A stretch of 64,000 bases of DNA, taken from Azolla caroliniana. Taxonomy: Eukaryota; Plantae; Polypodiophyta. The notes under the pieces were generated by a model. The model was not told where the DNA came from, did not search any database, and saw only the letters and a list, made by a program, of their open reading frames with translations. The DNA is taken from contig JBHGNT010000005.1 in NCBI GenBank assembly GCA_043228905.1, positions 15,748,001-15,812,000 on the forward strand. The letters are read 5' to 3'. The stretch's first letter is position 1. Every line of letters begins with the position of its first letter. Position numbers and translations under genes: made by a program. Below are positions 23,652 through 34,540 of this stretch, in pieces.

Positions 23652-26600
23652 TTGCCGACACCAGAACCGGAGTTAACGGAACTAGAAGCCCTAGATCGGC
23701 AAGTGGCGGATCAACTTCTGACATTGTCACGTGAGACACCGGAAGAAGTGGAGAGAAAACCTCCGACACCAAAAGAAGAGGAGGGGAGACCTCCGACACC
23801 GGACGACGACATGCTGTTCCAATATCCCAAGTACCGGGATGATCCGGACGCAGAAGCTCATTTCTATGCATTTTTGCAAACATGGGAAGCAAACCATGTG
23901 TCGCAACGCTTGACCGCCACCGAAGCAGAATCCTCAAAGATTGCAGAGTTTGGCATGACCTTGGAAGGACCAGCCGCGCGATGGCGCTAGACGCACACTC
24001 CCGAAACCATCCCGACGTTTGAGGACTTAAAAACCAGATTTTTATAGTTCTTCAACAAAGAGGTGGATCAACGGGAGATGGTCGGCCTGTTCTACACCAT
24101 ACGGCAGGAACCTATGGAAACCATTAAACAATTCGTAATCCGGTTCCAGCGAATGCACAATTAGCTCAATCGGGCATCACTGGAGGAAGAGGCGAAATCA
24201 ATATTCTTAGCCACACTCAGGGAACCCCTGCGTATGGTGTGCGCAATGATCGATTTTCGCACCAACACGATTGACCAAGTGATAGAACGGGTCAGGGAGA
24301 TGGAGAAAAGAAGCTTGTGGCTAACAATGGGGGCACTCCAATGTACATTACCGATAGAAGACGACCTACAGTTTCGGCAAGCTATACAATGTATGACTCG
24401 TCTCAATGTCGGGCACTCGGCAATAGAATGTACCATGCGGACAGAGTGCATGTTATGCCACTCCAAAACGCACACAATGGAGCGATGCGAATATAACTTG
24501 CTGAACCGGCAAGCGGCACTGGTAAGGCAAATCGAACCCCAGAGCAACTGGGAGGAGGAAGAAGAACGTTGGCGGCGAGATGAGCGTTACCGGCCGGTGC
24601 AAGATATCCAGAACAACGACAGAAAGGACGCTGACGACCGAGACTAGCTAGATAGCTACCGAGATTACAACGGTGAACATTACGAGCGATACAACCAGGA
24701 TCACTCCCCTGGTTACAACTAGCGGAGGGAGGATTAAGGCAACTATAAAAACCGGCCCCGACAGGGTTACCGGAACAACAAACGCTTCAACAAAAAATGG
24801 AACGCTAGAAAGGAGGACTGCCAGTGGCAGCCAGATAAGGGCATGCCAAGTACCCAACCGGACCAAGCATCTAACCGACCACCAATAGGACGTCAACCGG
24901 GTACCGGAGCGAACGCCGAATCCAACAACACCCGGAAAGTGTACTGCTACTATTGCCGGCAAGAGGGACATTATAGTAATTAGTGTCTGGTTAAAAGCTA
25001 TGAGAAAAGACCAGTCGTGAATATGGTGGTAGCAGAAGTTGCCAATATACAACAAGTCACCACTAGGGCAAAAGGCAAAACAATGGAGTGGGAAACACAG
25101 GAGGCAATCTGAAAGCAAGCCACCGAGTGGGTGAAGAAGGCAAATGAGCAAAATGTGGCTGAGCTTGAACAACAAAAGGAGAAACCGGAAGGGGCACTAA
25201 CACGATCCAGCTGGAAAACCCAACATGGCAAGTGTTACAAGAATGCCAGATTACGCTACCATTGGGTCAGTTATACAGCTAGTGGCCTGATTTACGGAAG
25301 GGCTGACATAAGGAATGACCACATCAATTTCGTTGCCAACTCCTGCGTTCTTCTCAAATCCGGAAGAAGGGCCAACAGTGGTAGACACGAACAGTCCGGC
25401 AATCACCGCCATCGTCAAAGGACGAGAATTACCAGGGACGATTGTGGACGGAGGATCAGGCGTGAACGTGATCAGTTTACGGACTTGCAATACCCTGGGA
25501 ATCCAGGAATGGGAGCCTTGCCCGTTTTGGCTTCGAATGGCGGATACAAGTTTGGTAAAACCTACCGGTTTGATACGAGATCTAGATGTAACTATCGGAG
25601 GTCACACATTCCGCATTTCGGCAGTGGTTCTCCAGCTCAATGCGCAAGGGGCTTACCCGCTGTTGCTGGGCCGCCCATGGCTAAAAACGGCGCATATCAA
25701 ACAAAACTGACGGAAAAACATGATTACCTTCCGACAAGGGAAGACAAAAATAAGGGTGCCTACCCACCCTCGAGCCAGTACCGGCAAGGAGGTGACACCA
25801 CTATATGCAGAAGGTGTAAACATGCTAGAGGGGCTTGCGGACGAAGAGGTCGACCAATACTTAGAAGAAAATCAAAAAATTGTACCCCTATTTGAAATCG
25901 ATGTGGTGGAAGCAATGTCACAATATAGAATGCAATCGATGACGACATCCAGGAACCGGATCGGGAAGCTATCAGAGAATTATGGCAAGCACAAGAAGCT
26001 CTAGAGAAGGAGATAGAGGTAGCCCAACGCGTGAAAGCATCCCAGTTAGAGGAAGTGAACTTAGGGACCGGGGACGACGCCAAACCAATTCATATTGCTA
26101 AGGAAATGTCACCGGACAACAGGACAGCGATGATCACTTTATTAAAGGAATTCCGGGACGTATTCACCTGGTCCTATGAAGACATGCGGGGGCTGGATCC
26201 TCAGTTGTACAAACATCAAATACACCTTAGTAAGGATGCCAAACCGGTAGCACAACGGCGTTACCGGATGAACCCTAACTATGCAGCAAAAGTCAAAGAG
26301 GAAATTAACAAGTTGCTACGGGTCGGTTTTATCCGACCAATGAAAAAAGCTACATGGTTAAGTCCCATAGTCATTGTGCCGAAAGAGAACAGTAAAATCC
26401 GGGTATGCATTGATTACCGGAAACTCAATGCGGCGACATTGACCAATGCCTTTCCACTGCCGTTTACGGATGGAGTGCTGGACGCGGTAGCCGGTCATGA
26501 AATGTATAGCTTCCTAGACGGTTTCAATGGCTACAATCAAATAAGGATGCACCCCGATGACCAAGACAAGACGGCATTCGTCACCGAATGGGGAGTCTTT

Positions 26601-27794
26601 GTCACAGTGGTAATGATGTTCGGGCTCAAGACCGCGCCAACGATCTTTCAACGAATAATCATGGAAATATTTGGCGAGTTCATTCTGGCATTCATGAAGG
26701 TATTCCTGGATGACTTCGTCGTGTATAGCCGAGAGGGAGAACATCTCCAACACCTCTGGCTATGTCTTGAGAAATGCAGAAGTTATCGGCTAAGCCTGAA
26801 TCTAGCAAAGTGTGTTGTCGGAGTAACAAGCGGTGCATTGTTGGGCCATCTTGTCAGCAAGGATGGGATCGCGGTAGAACCCGATAAGGTGAAAGCAATC
26901 TCAGAAGCACCGGCACCATCGACGGCCAAAGCCTTGAGTCAGTTTCTAGGGCAAATCCGGTGGCATAGCCGGATGCTCCGGTATTTGGCCGATCTTGCTA
27001 CACCATTGCATGCCGCGGTTCACCGGACATCGTTCCAATGGACGAATACGGAGGATGAGGCTTACCAGGCACTAAAAGTACTGCTATCACAAGCACCGGT
27101 GGTGCAACTACCGGACCGGTCAAAAGAATTCCATGTGTTCGTGGATGCATCCGACATAGCAATCGGCAGTGCACTAATGCAACTGACTGAACTGAAATGG
27201 TACCGACCGGTCTATTATGCTAGCCGGAAGCGATCCTAGGCGGAACGAAATTATTCAATAACGGAAAGAGAAGCCTTAGGGATGATTTACAACGTTACCA
27301 AGTTCAGGCACTATTTATTGGGAAGGAAATTTTCTTTCCATGTCGACCACTCAACGCTGTTCTATTTGGTCTCAAAGGCATCACTCACCGGCAAGCTGGC
27401 CCGAGGGACATTGTTTCTACAAGAGTTCGAGTTCGAAATATATCACCGACTGGGGATACAACATGCGGTTGCCGATTATCTGACCGGTTAGACTCCGATG
27501 AGACTGGAGACGGAGACCTGGATGAGTTTCCGGATGCTGAGTTGTTTAAAGTAACAGCCGAAACGGCAACCGATAGCACGGTAGTTGACAAAGACAAGTG
27601 GCTAACCAACATGCATCAATTCCTAAGCACGGGACTTCCACCGGAGGAGATGAACCGGGATGAGTGCAAGCGGTTAACGGTGCAAAGCCGACATTTTTGT
27701 CTACTATAGGACACCCTGTACCACAAAGGCATGGATGGCATATGGCGGTGAGTAGTGCGAAGCCACGAAAAAGACACAATATTACGAGAAGCGC
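23652..27794 (+). pseudogene. gag-PR-RT-RNaseH-integrase N-terminus of element F
   Basis: ORF fragments 23652-23990, 24234-24647, 25315-25710, 26031-27239, 27282-27491. Confidence 0.9.
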
Positions 27795-27929
27795 TGTCGG
27801 GGTAGTTGTGGTTCGTGCGGCGAAGTCGCGGGGACTAAGGTTAAGGGGAGTTGAAGAAACTTAAGTTTAATAAGGCTTGTATGGTGATGATAGAATGGTT
27901 AAGGATAGTAAGATGAAGAGTTACAAGTA

Positions 27930-27966
<37 letters not shown>

Positions 27967-28748
27967 AGACAGAGAGAGAGAGAGAGACGAGCATAGATAA
28001 AAGATAGAGACAATGTATGATTCAAGAAAGAAGATTGAGACAAAGTATGATTCTAGAAAGAAGATTGAGACAAAGTATGATTCAAAGAACAAGAGTATAT
28101 GATATAAACATGATGTATATTAAAAATATAATATTTTACCAACTTTACAATCCTTGATCGCAAGATGAATCTTTTCAATGCCGACCCTTGATTTGAACCC
28201 TCGACCTCAACTTTGAAACGAGAGGTTCTCCACCCAATGAGCTAGTCTTCTTCAATTGATTGTATTATTTTTTTACTCTCTCTTGATTCCTTGATTCCCT
28301 TTTGTTTTCCTTTCCTCTCCTTTTATAAGTATTTCCATGCATATGGTAATGTCATGCATGTAATGCATGAGTTACATCTGATGCATGATCGCCATTTGGC
28401 GCACATGCATTGCATGTGATGTATGATAGCCATCATGCTCATTTGAGCTCCCATGTATTGGGATAAGTATAATGATGGATATAACCCTAAAACAAATAAC
28501 CTAGCTTAGTGGTGTATGGTTTGTGCTTGATATACAAGGTTGAGGGTTCAAGTCCCTCAATTTTACTTAATACAATATATAGCTTCATTCTTATATCATG
28601 AAGCACATTTATTATACACTTTTACAAATAAATAGCCTAGCCTAGTGGTATGTACATTGTACATTGTATATAAGGATGTGGGTTCAAGTCTCTCAAATAT
28701 TATTAAATACAACATTTAAGCTCATTTTTATATCGTGAAGCACATTCT

Positions 28749-31700
28749 TCACGACACCCACCCCCTCTGAACTTGCACATTGGTTGTGCAGAGTTCATCC
28801 AACACTTCTTCCGATTCTTTTAGTTCTTCTACTTCTTCATAAAATTCAGGCTCTAATGACTCCCTCCTTTTAAATATTTTAATCCTTTTTCCTGCAATTG
28901 GGATACGAATTTCTGTCCCATCTAATTCATTGAGGAAATATGTGGCTTTATCTGTTATTTTCCTAACTTCATAAGGTCCAAACCATCTTTTTGCAAACTT
29001 CCGAATAGTACTGTATGGATTATCTAGGCTATTATCATATACTAATACCCAATCTCCCTCTTGCACCTTTCTTGGTCGTATTCTTTTCATCTTGTCAAAT
29101 CTGTCCTTATTCTTGATTCTTGCCTCTTTCAATCTAGTAGCTGCTTTTTCTATGTCTTCTATCCTTGATTGAAGTTGTCGTATTCGAACCGCAAGTAAAT
29201 CTTCCCTACTCATTTCTGATTCCCAAGGCAACACAGCCCATGTAGTTATCTTTTCTTCAATTGGCATTATTGGCTTCTGTCCTGTGATTAATTCTGCAGG
29301 CATATATCCAGTAACAGTGCTGTGAGTTGTCCTATCAGCCCATAGTGCATAGGGTAAGGTTTTTGGCCAATCACTAACCCGTCCTCTACATGCCTTTGCC
29401 AAAGCTTTGACTATTGGCCCATGTCCCCTTTCTACCTTTCCATTAGCTTCTGGATTGTACGCCGTTGTCAAAGAAAGCCGAATTCCTATTTTGTCGAAAA
29501 AATCTTGAGCTTCCGCAGAATTGAGTTCTCCCCTATCTGCCACTATCTTCCCGATACATCCATATCTACAAACAATGTCCTCCAAGATGAATTGACATAC
29601 TCCTAATGTCCCTTTTGTTCTCAATGAACGACCTTCCACTTGATTTGTTAGATCTTCTCTAGCAAGAACCAAGTATCTCTTTTGTCCTACTCCAAGTGGC
29701 ATTGTTACCAAATCTATCATCCACTTGTAATGCACCCCCGGTGAGTATGTTGGGTGTAATTCATCACAAAATTTTACATTTGAATAATATTGACAAGTGG
29801 GACAAGTTTCCACATACTTTTTTATTTGCTCATAGTATCGAGGCCACCAAAATCGTTCTTTAATCTTACTGAAAGTGGCCCACACTCCTCGATGACCAGC
29901 CCATTCTTTGTCATGCAGCTCTTTGATTATCTCCTTTCTTTGCCCTTCAGAACCTATTACTCTTTGCGGGTTTCCAGTCTTGGTTTTCGGATGTCGCCAT
30001 AGATATCCTTCATACAAGAAGAACTTATGGGCTTTCTTGCGAAACTGTGCGAACTCTTTTCCAGATCGACCTTTGTACTTGTTAGGGGTTTGTAGGTATT
30101 TCCCTATTTCCTTGAATTCATCTTCATACTCCTCTTCTAGAAACTGCATTCCTCCTTCCCGAGTAATGCTTGTGGTAAGGACTGTTTGTTCTTTGTCCTC
30201 ATCGTCCGAGTCTGGAATCTCCTCTTCCTCATACCTTGCTCTTGATAACATATCTGCTACTGCATTTCTATTCCCAGAGATATGTCGAACTTCAGGGTTG
30301 ATTGATCTAATATAGATACACCATCTTAACATGGCTTGATCTGGAATATCACAATTAGCTATGATACCCAGAATAGGCAAACAATCAGTTTCTATTATTA
30401 CTTCAGCACCAATTAAGTAATCTCTGTCTGTCTTTACAGCTGTTACTATCCCCCATAGCTCTCTTTTCACCTGTGCATATTTTCTTTGTCGACCACTAAG
30501 AACCTTTGCCCCGAATCGGACTGGATACCTTTCTTCCCTATCTTGTTGGCTTATCACCCATCCAATTCCAATGGGACTAGAGTCTACTGTGAGATATATG
30601 GGCCGGGTGTAGTCTGGTTGCTTTAATGGTGGAGCTTGTGCCAAGTAGTACATCAATTTCTTCATTGCCTCTGAATGCTCTTCACTCCATTCAAATGTCT
30701 CTCCTTTTCTTAGGAGTCTATATAAAGGTTCAGATAAATGGGCATAATGCGGAATCCATTTACAGTAAAAAACACATACCCCTAGAAACCTTCGTACTTC
30801 TGAGATGGATGTACATTCCTCTTGCATATTTTGAATTGCATTGACCTTGGTTGGGGATGGCTTTCTCCCATACGGGCCACACATATGACCAACTATTAAT
30901 ATCTCTTTTGCCCCAAATATTGACTTCGCCCCTGATAAGGTCAAATGCACTTCTTCCATCCTTGATAGCACCTTCTCACAATCCTTGATATGATCAGCAA
31001 CGAATTGACGGCAACCACTTTCGTCCAATTCCTCGTTCTTCTCTTCCTCCTTGCATCCCTTAATTGGAACATCATCTAGAAAAGGCATTGTAATATGAGG
31101 AATAAAATCACGAAGTACCTTGTTCATTCCATTCATCATATGCGCCACTGAGTTGGTCGCTCCTTGCGGCAAGGTGCACATCCGTACTAACCCTATAGGT
31201 GTCTTGATAGAAGTTATATCTCGACTTTTGATAGCAAGTTGAAATTGATCATATCCGGAATAAAGGTCTCCCATTGAATATATAGCTCTTCCTGCAAACA
31301 TCTCAGCAAACTCATCCACAATTGGCCCTACTCCCGAGTTTCGGATTGTTACCTTATTCACGGGTTGCATATCTTGGATAAATCGGAGTCGCCCATCTTT
31401 CTTTAACACAGTGAACCATCGACTCAAGTAAGGAGCGTTCGATGGTTCCAAGATACCCATCCTTATCTTTTCTTTCAAAAGTTCTAATAGTTGAGGGATT
31501 CTAGCCCTAGGCATGGGTATTGGCTTAAAGTTCCATGGAATATGAGGGATAGTGAATATAACCATGGGCTCCACAATTTCTGGATCCACACACCCTATTT
31601 CCTCCGGTTGGAATGCAAACGCCTTTCCATGCCTTTTTAACATCTCCCTGAACTGCTTTTCTTCAGCGGGTAATAGGAAGTCACCCCCTCCTATTTTCAT

Positions 31701-32213
31701 CCCTTGTATTGTTTCCGGAGTAAACACATGTCCTACCTTTCGTGGGTCTCTGATCATTGGCTCTGTGGCTGCTTCTTTGATTGCCTTTTCACTATCCCCT
31801 GGAAGTGGAGCAGCAATAGGACGAACCTTCTTCTCCACTGTCTTGTATTTTGTTAGTACATGTGCTTCATGATCCTTTCGAGCAACTTCTTCAATGACCT
31901 CATACATCTTGATTGAATGGACAGGAACTTGGATTTCGTTGTCTTCTTCCATTGCTTCCAAATGAGTTATTGTATCTTCAAAACTTAATTCTTCAAACAT
32001 ATCCTGAATTTCTTCATCATCATCTATTAATCCAGAACACTTAAAGTACTCGAAAGCATTTTGTATTTTATTATTATTTACTTTTAGTATAAAAGTAGCA
32101 CCATTAGATGAGATTGTACAAGGAATATCTTTATTTACATTATTATTTATGGGGTTTTCTTTTATGCTCGGGCTATCACAGCCCCTACCTGTAAAAGCCC
32201 TATCTAAAAATCC
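28749..32213 (-). CDS. pol: Pol (RT-RNaseH-integrase) of G, probably reached by -1 frameshift
   Basis: 1083-aa ORF from 32000 with frame open back to 32213; LPQGATNS, FLDD, VDSS, HHCC, DDE, WFGPY; no chromodomain. Confidence 0.93.
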   Translation of the reverse strand, partial: GFLDRAFTGRGCDSPSIKENPINNNVNKDIPCTISSNGATFILKVNNNKIQNAFEYFKCSGLIDDDEEIQDMFEELSFEDTITHLEAMEEDNEIQVPVHSIKMYEVIEEVARKDHEAHVLTKYKTVEKKVRPIAAPLPGDSEKAIKEAATEPMIRDPRKVGHVFTPETIQGMKIGGGDFLLPAEEKQFREMLKRHGKAFAFQPEEIGCVDPEIVEPMVIFTIPHIPWNFKPIPMPRARIPQLLELLKEKIRMGILEPSNAPYLSRWFTVLKKDGRLRFIQDMQPVNKVTIRNSGVGPIVDEFAEMFAGRAIYSMGDLYSGYDQFQLAIKSRDITSIKTPIGLVRMCTLPQGATNSVAHMMNGMNKVLRDFIPHITMPFLDDVPIKGCKEEEKNEELDESGCRQFVADHIKDCEKVLSRMEEVHLTLSGAKSIFGAKEILIVGHMCGPYGRKPSPTKVNAIQNMQEECTSISEVRRFLGVCVFYCKWIPHYAHLSEPLYRLLRKGETFEWSEEHSEAMKKLMYYLAQAPPLKQPDYTRPIYLTVDSSPIGIGWVISQQDREERYPVRFGAKVLSGRQRKYAQVKRELWGIVTAVKTDRDYLIGAEVIIETDCLPILGIIANCDIPDQAMLRWCIYIRSINPEVRHISGNRNAVADMLSRARYEEEEIPDSDDEDKEQTVLTTSITREGGMQFLEEEYEDEFKEIGKYLQTPNKYKGRSGKEFAQFRKKAHKFFLYEGYLWRHPKTKTGNPQRVIGSEGQRKEIIKELHDKEWAGHRGVWATFSKIKERFWWPRYYEQIKKYVETCPTCQYYSNVKFCDELHPTYSPGVHYKWMIDLVTMPLGVGQKRYLVLAREDLTNQVEGRSLRTKGTLGVCQFILEDIVCRYGCIGKIVADRGELNSAEAQDFFDKIGIRLSLTTAYNPEANGKVERGHGPIVKALAKACRGRVSDWPKTLPYALWADRTTHSTVTGYMPAELITGQKPIMPIEEKITTWAVLPWESEMSREDLLAVRIRQLQSRIEDIEKAATRLKEARIKNKDRFDKMKRIRPRKVQEGDWVLVYDNSLDNPYSTIRKFAKRWFGPYEVRKITDKATYFLNELDGTEIRIPIAGKRIKIFKRRESLEPEFYEEVEELKESEEVLDELCTTNVQVQRGWVS

Positions 32214-34318
32214 TGGGAAAACTCTTCATCCATCTCTTGAATTGGATGTTCCCTCAAGCATTCTTTGTTTCTTTCATGGTTGGGCCTCACGGTTAAGAAT
32301 TGGACAGTCTTTCTTCCATCTTGACTCTTGATTCTCGCGAAAGCCGAACCATCATCAATAACCTTTGTTTCCATCCTCACTGCGGTGATGTAGGGCTGGC
32401 CAAGGATGACGGGGTAGGTTGATCGATCCTGCACAAAGAAATTTTGATTCACCGAGACATCACCAATTGTTACCTTCACACTAGGACATGCTCCGAATAG
32501 ATCCTCCGTAGTTTCTGTGGCAGCTCTTATTTTCCACCCATGATTCTTGTCGATCGGCCATCGTCCTCGAGCGTAAAATTCCGATGACATCATGTTAATC
32601 TCTGATCCATGATCAATCAAAGCAATACATGGAATTTGCTGCTCCCCAATTTTTGCAGGTGCCTCCGTTGTTGCTCGAGCCCAATGGTCCCTTGTATAGT
32701 GACTCCTATCCCCTTCATGGACGCCAACATCATTCTGGTTTTTTACACTTGCAGCATTGATGGTGCCACCATACAAATCTTGGAGTGTTGCTGCACACCC
32801 TCCCGTAATTTCCTCCGTCACCTGTCTCTTCCTTCTAATAATATCTATGATAACTTCATGAAATTCTTTCTTTGCTATACCCAACACTTCTCTTAAAGTA
32901 AATTCTACCTTACTATTTAATATTCTTGTTTCTAGTACCTTTTTTATATCCGTCGTTGTTTCTATGTCTGAGGCAAGCTTGAAAGATGGGCCTGTCTTTC
33001 CTTTTACTTTATCAGCTTCCTTCGGCTCAATAGCACCCTTTTCCATCTCCCTTCTCTTTTGTTCTCGTGTCTCATGTCTCTTTGTCGGATCAGCTTCCTC
33101 AGCTCTCTTCCGCTTCTCTTCCACTAGCACATCTTGTGCATTCACTTGGGCGAATGCTGATAGCGCGTCTACTGGATCATTCCATCCAGTGAAGTTTCGT
33201 ATTTCATCTCCCGCTCTTTTTAATTCATCCACTCGAACCTTCCCTTTTCTTGCATAATCCATCACATCTTGCCAAAAGCCAAATCCACCATATGAGTCTT
33301 CTACGCGCAATCCTAAGGTTGCCACGGATTGTATCGCTTGAGTCGTTTCTCTCTCGGCATCTTCCATTAGCCTTTTCATTCCTCCTCGCCCGAAGTTGAG
33401 TTGAAGTGGTTGTCGAGTCTCAGTTGAGTGAATCTTGCCATCTTGATAGTAGATTTTATTATGATTAAGAGCATCCCTATGCTCTTGACAATCTTTCTTC
33501 TGGTGGTCGATACTATCACACCACATACACCTTCGGACCATTCCACCTCCCTGCCTTGATGAAGTCGAGCTTTGTCCCGATTCTAGCTTCGTCACTTTGA
33601 TTGACAAGTCTTTCATGCCTTTCACTAATTCGTGTAAGAGTGATTCTTCTACTTTCTTTTCTCCCGACTCGTTCCCCGTTTCTTCATCATTTCTGTCGGG
33701 CAACTCCATAAACCATAACTTTCTTTTGCAGAAATGGGCGCACGCCCTTTTCACCTCCTCCCAATCTTCGGTAAGTCCACTTGGACTATTCTGATCTTCT
33801 AAAAGCATTCCCAAGTCCTTCCTGTCTTTAATATTAGTAGCTTGTAGAAACAATATTACTTTATCTGGCACTATTATATTTCTATCTCTAACATTTAGTT
33901 GCTCAAATCTTTCAGAAAACTCTTTTAATACTTCCAAAACACTTAAATGTTTATTAGACTCTACCCAATCCATGAAAGCTCGCCTTGTCATCCTTGACAT
34001 ATCGTTGAGGTTGTATTCATTGAGTAATGCCCTTTCGAATGTTGTCCATGTCTGATTCTCCCTTTGGAGCTCTTGGATCTTCTCTTGTAGCCCAATCGCA
34101 ACGACTCGACTAAAGCTATTAATTTTTGTAGCTTCGTCGACACCGCGTTTAAGCATTTCTTCATTATAAATCTTCAGAAATCTTGTTAAATTTATACCTT
34201 CGAAGATTCCTACTCGTGCGAGAATATTGTCGACGGCTTTGTCGATGCTTGCCATCATCCCTTGTTCCCGCATCACTCGTTCCATCATCGTACACATAAG
34301 CCTCATTTGCTCCTCCAT
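32204..34318 (-). CDS. gag: Gag-protease ORF of G
   Basis: 704-aa ORF with CMWCDSIDHQKKDC knuckle and aspartic-protease-like ALIDHGSEIN...VILGQPY. Confidence 0.9.
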   Translation of the reverse strand: MEEQMRLMCTMMERVMREQGMMASIDKAVDNILARVGIFEGINLTRFLKIYNEEMLKRGVDEATKINSFSRVVAIGLQEKIQELQRENQTWTTFERALLNEYNLNDMSRMTRRAFMDWVESNKHLSVLEVLKEFSERFEQLNVRDRNIIVPDKVILFLQATNIKDRKDLGMLLEDQNSPSGLTEDWEEVKRACAHFCKRKLWFMELPDRNDEETGNESGEKKVEESLLHELVKGMKDLSIKVTKLESGQSSTSSRQGGGMVRRCMWCDSIDHQKKDCQEHRDALNHNKIYYQDGKIHSTETRQPLQLNFGRGGMKRLMEDAERETTQAIQSVATLGLRVEDSYGGFGFWQDVMDYARKGKVRVDELKRAGDEIRNFTGWNDPVDALSAFAQVNAQDVLVEEKRKRAEEADPTKRHETREQKRREMEKGAIEPKEADKVKGKTGPSFKLASDIETTTDIKKVLETRILNSKVEFTLREVLGIAKKEFHEVIIDIIRRKRQVTEEITGGCAATLQDLYGGTINAASVKNQNDVGVHEGDRSHYTRDHWARATTEAPAKIGEQQIPCIALIDHGSEINMMSSEFYARGRWPIDKNHGWKIRAATETTEDLFGACPSVKVTIGDVSVNQNFFVQDRSTYPVILGQPYITAVRMETKVIDDGSAFARIKSQDGRKTVQFLTVRPNHERNKECLREHPIQEMDEEFSQDF

Positions 34319-34336
34319 TTCTCCTCGTCGTCGCCT

Positions 34337-34353
34337 TCACGTCGGGTTCACCA
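34337..34353 (-). promoter_or_regulatory. PBS complementary to the 3' end of tRNA-Trp
   Basis: TGGTGAACCCGACGTGA 4 nt from the 5' LTR; matches the plant tRNA-Trp 3' end (TCACGTCGGGTTCACCA) as recalled. Confidence 0.85.
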
Positions 34354-34492
34354 AATGTGTCGGGGTAGTTGTGGTTCGTGCGGCGAAGTCGCGGGGACTA
34401 AGGTTAAGGGGAGTTGAAGAAACTTAAGTTTAATAAGGCTTGTATGGTGATGATAGAATGGTTAAGGATAGTAAGATGAAGAGTTACAAGTA

Positions 34493-34540
<48 letters not shown>

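Noticed and set aside
28502-28694. Functional tRNA genes
   Set aside because: Acceptor stems do not pair and D stems are poor; kept only as tRNA-like cassettes
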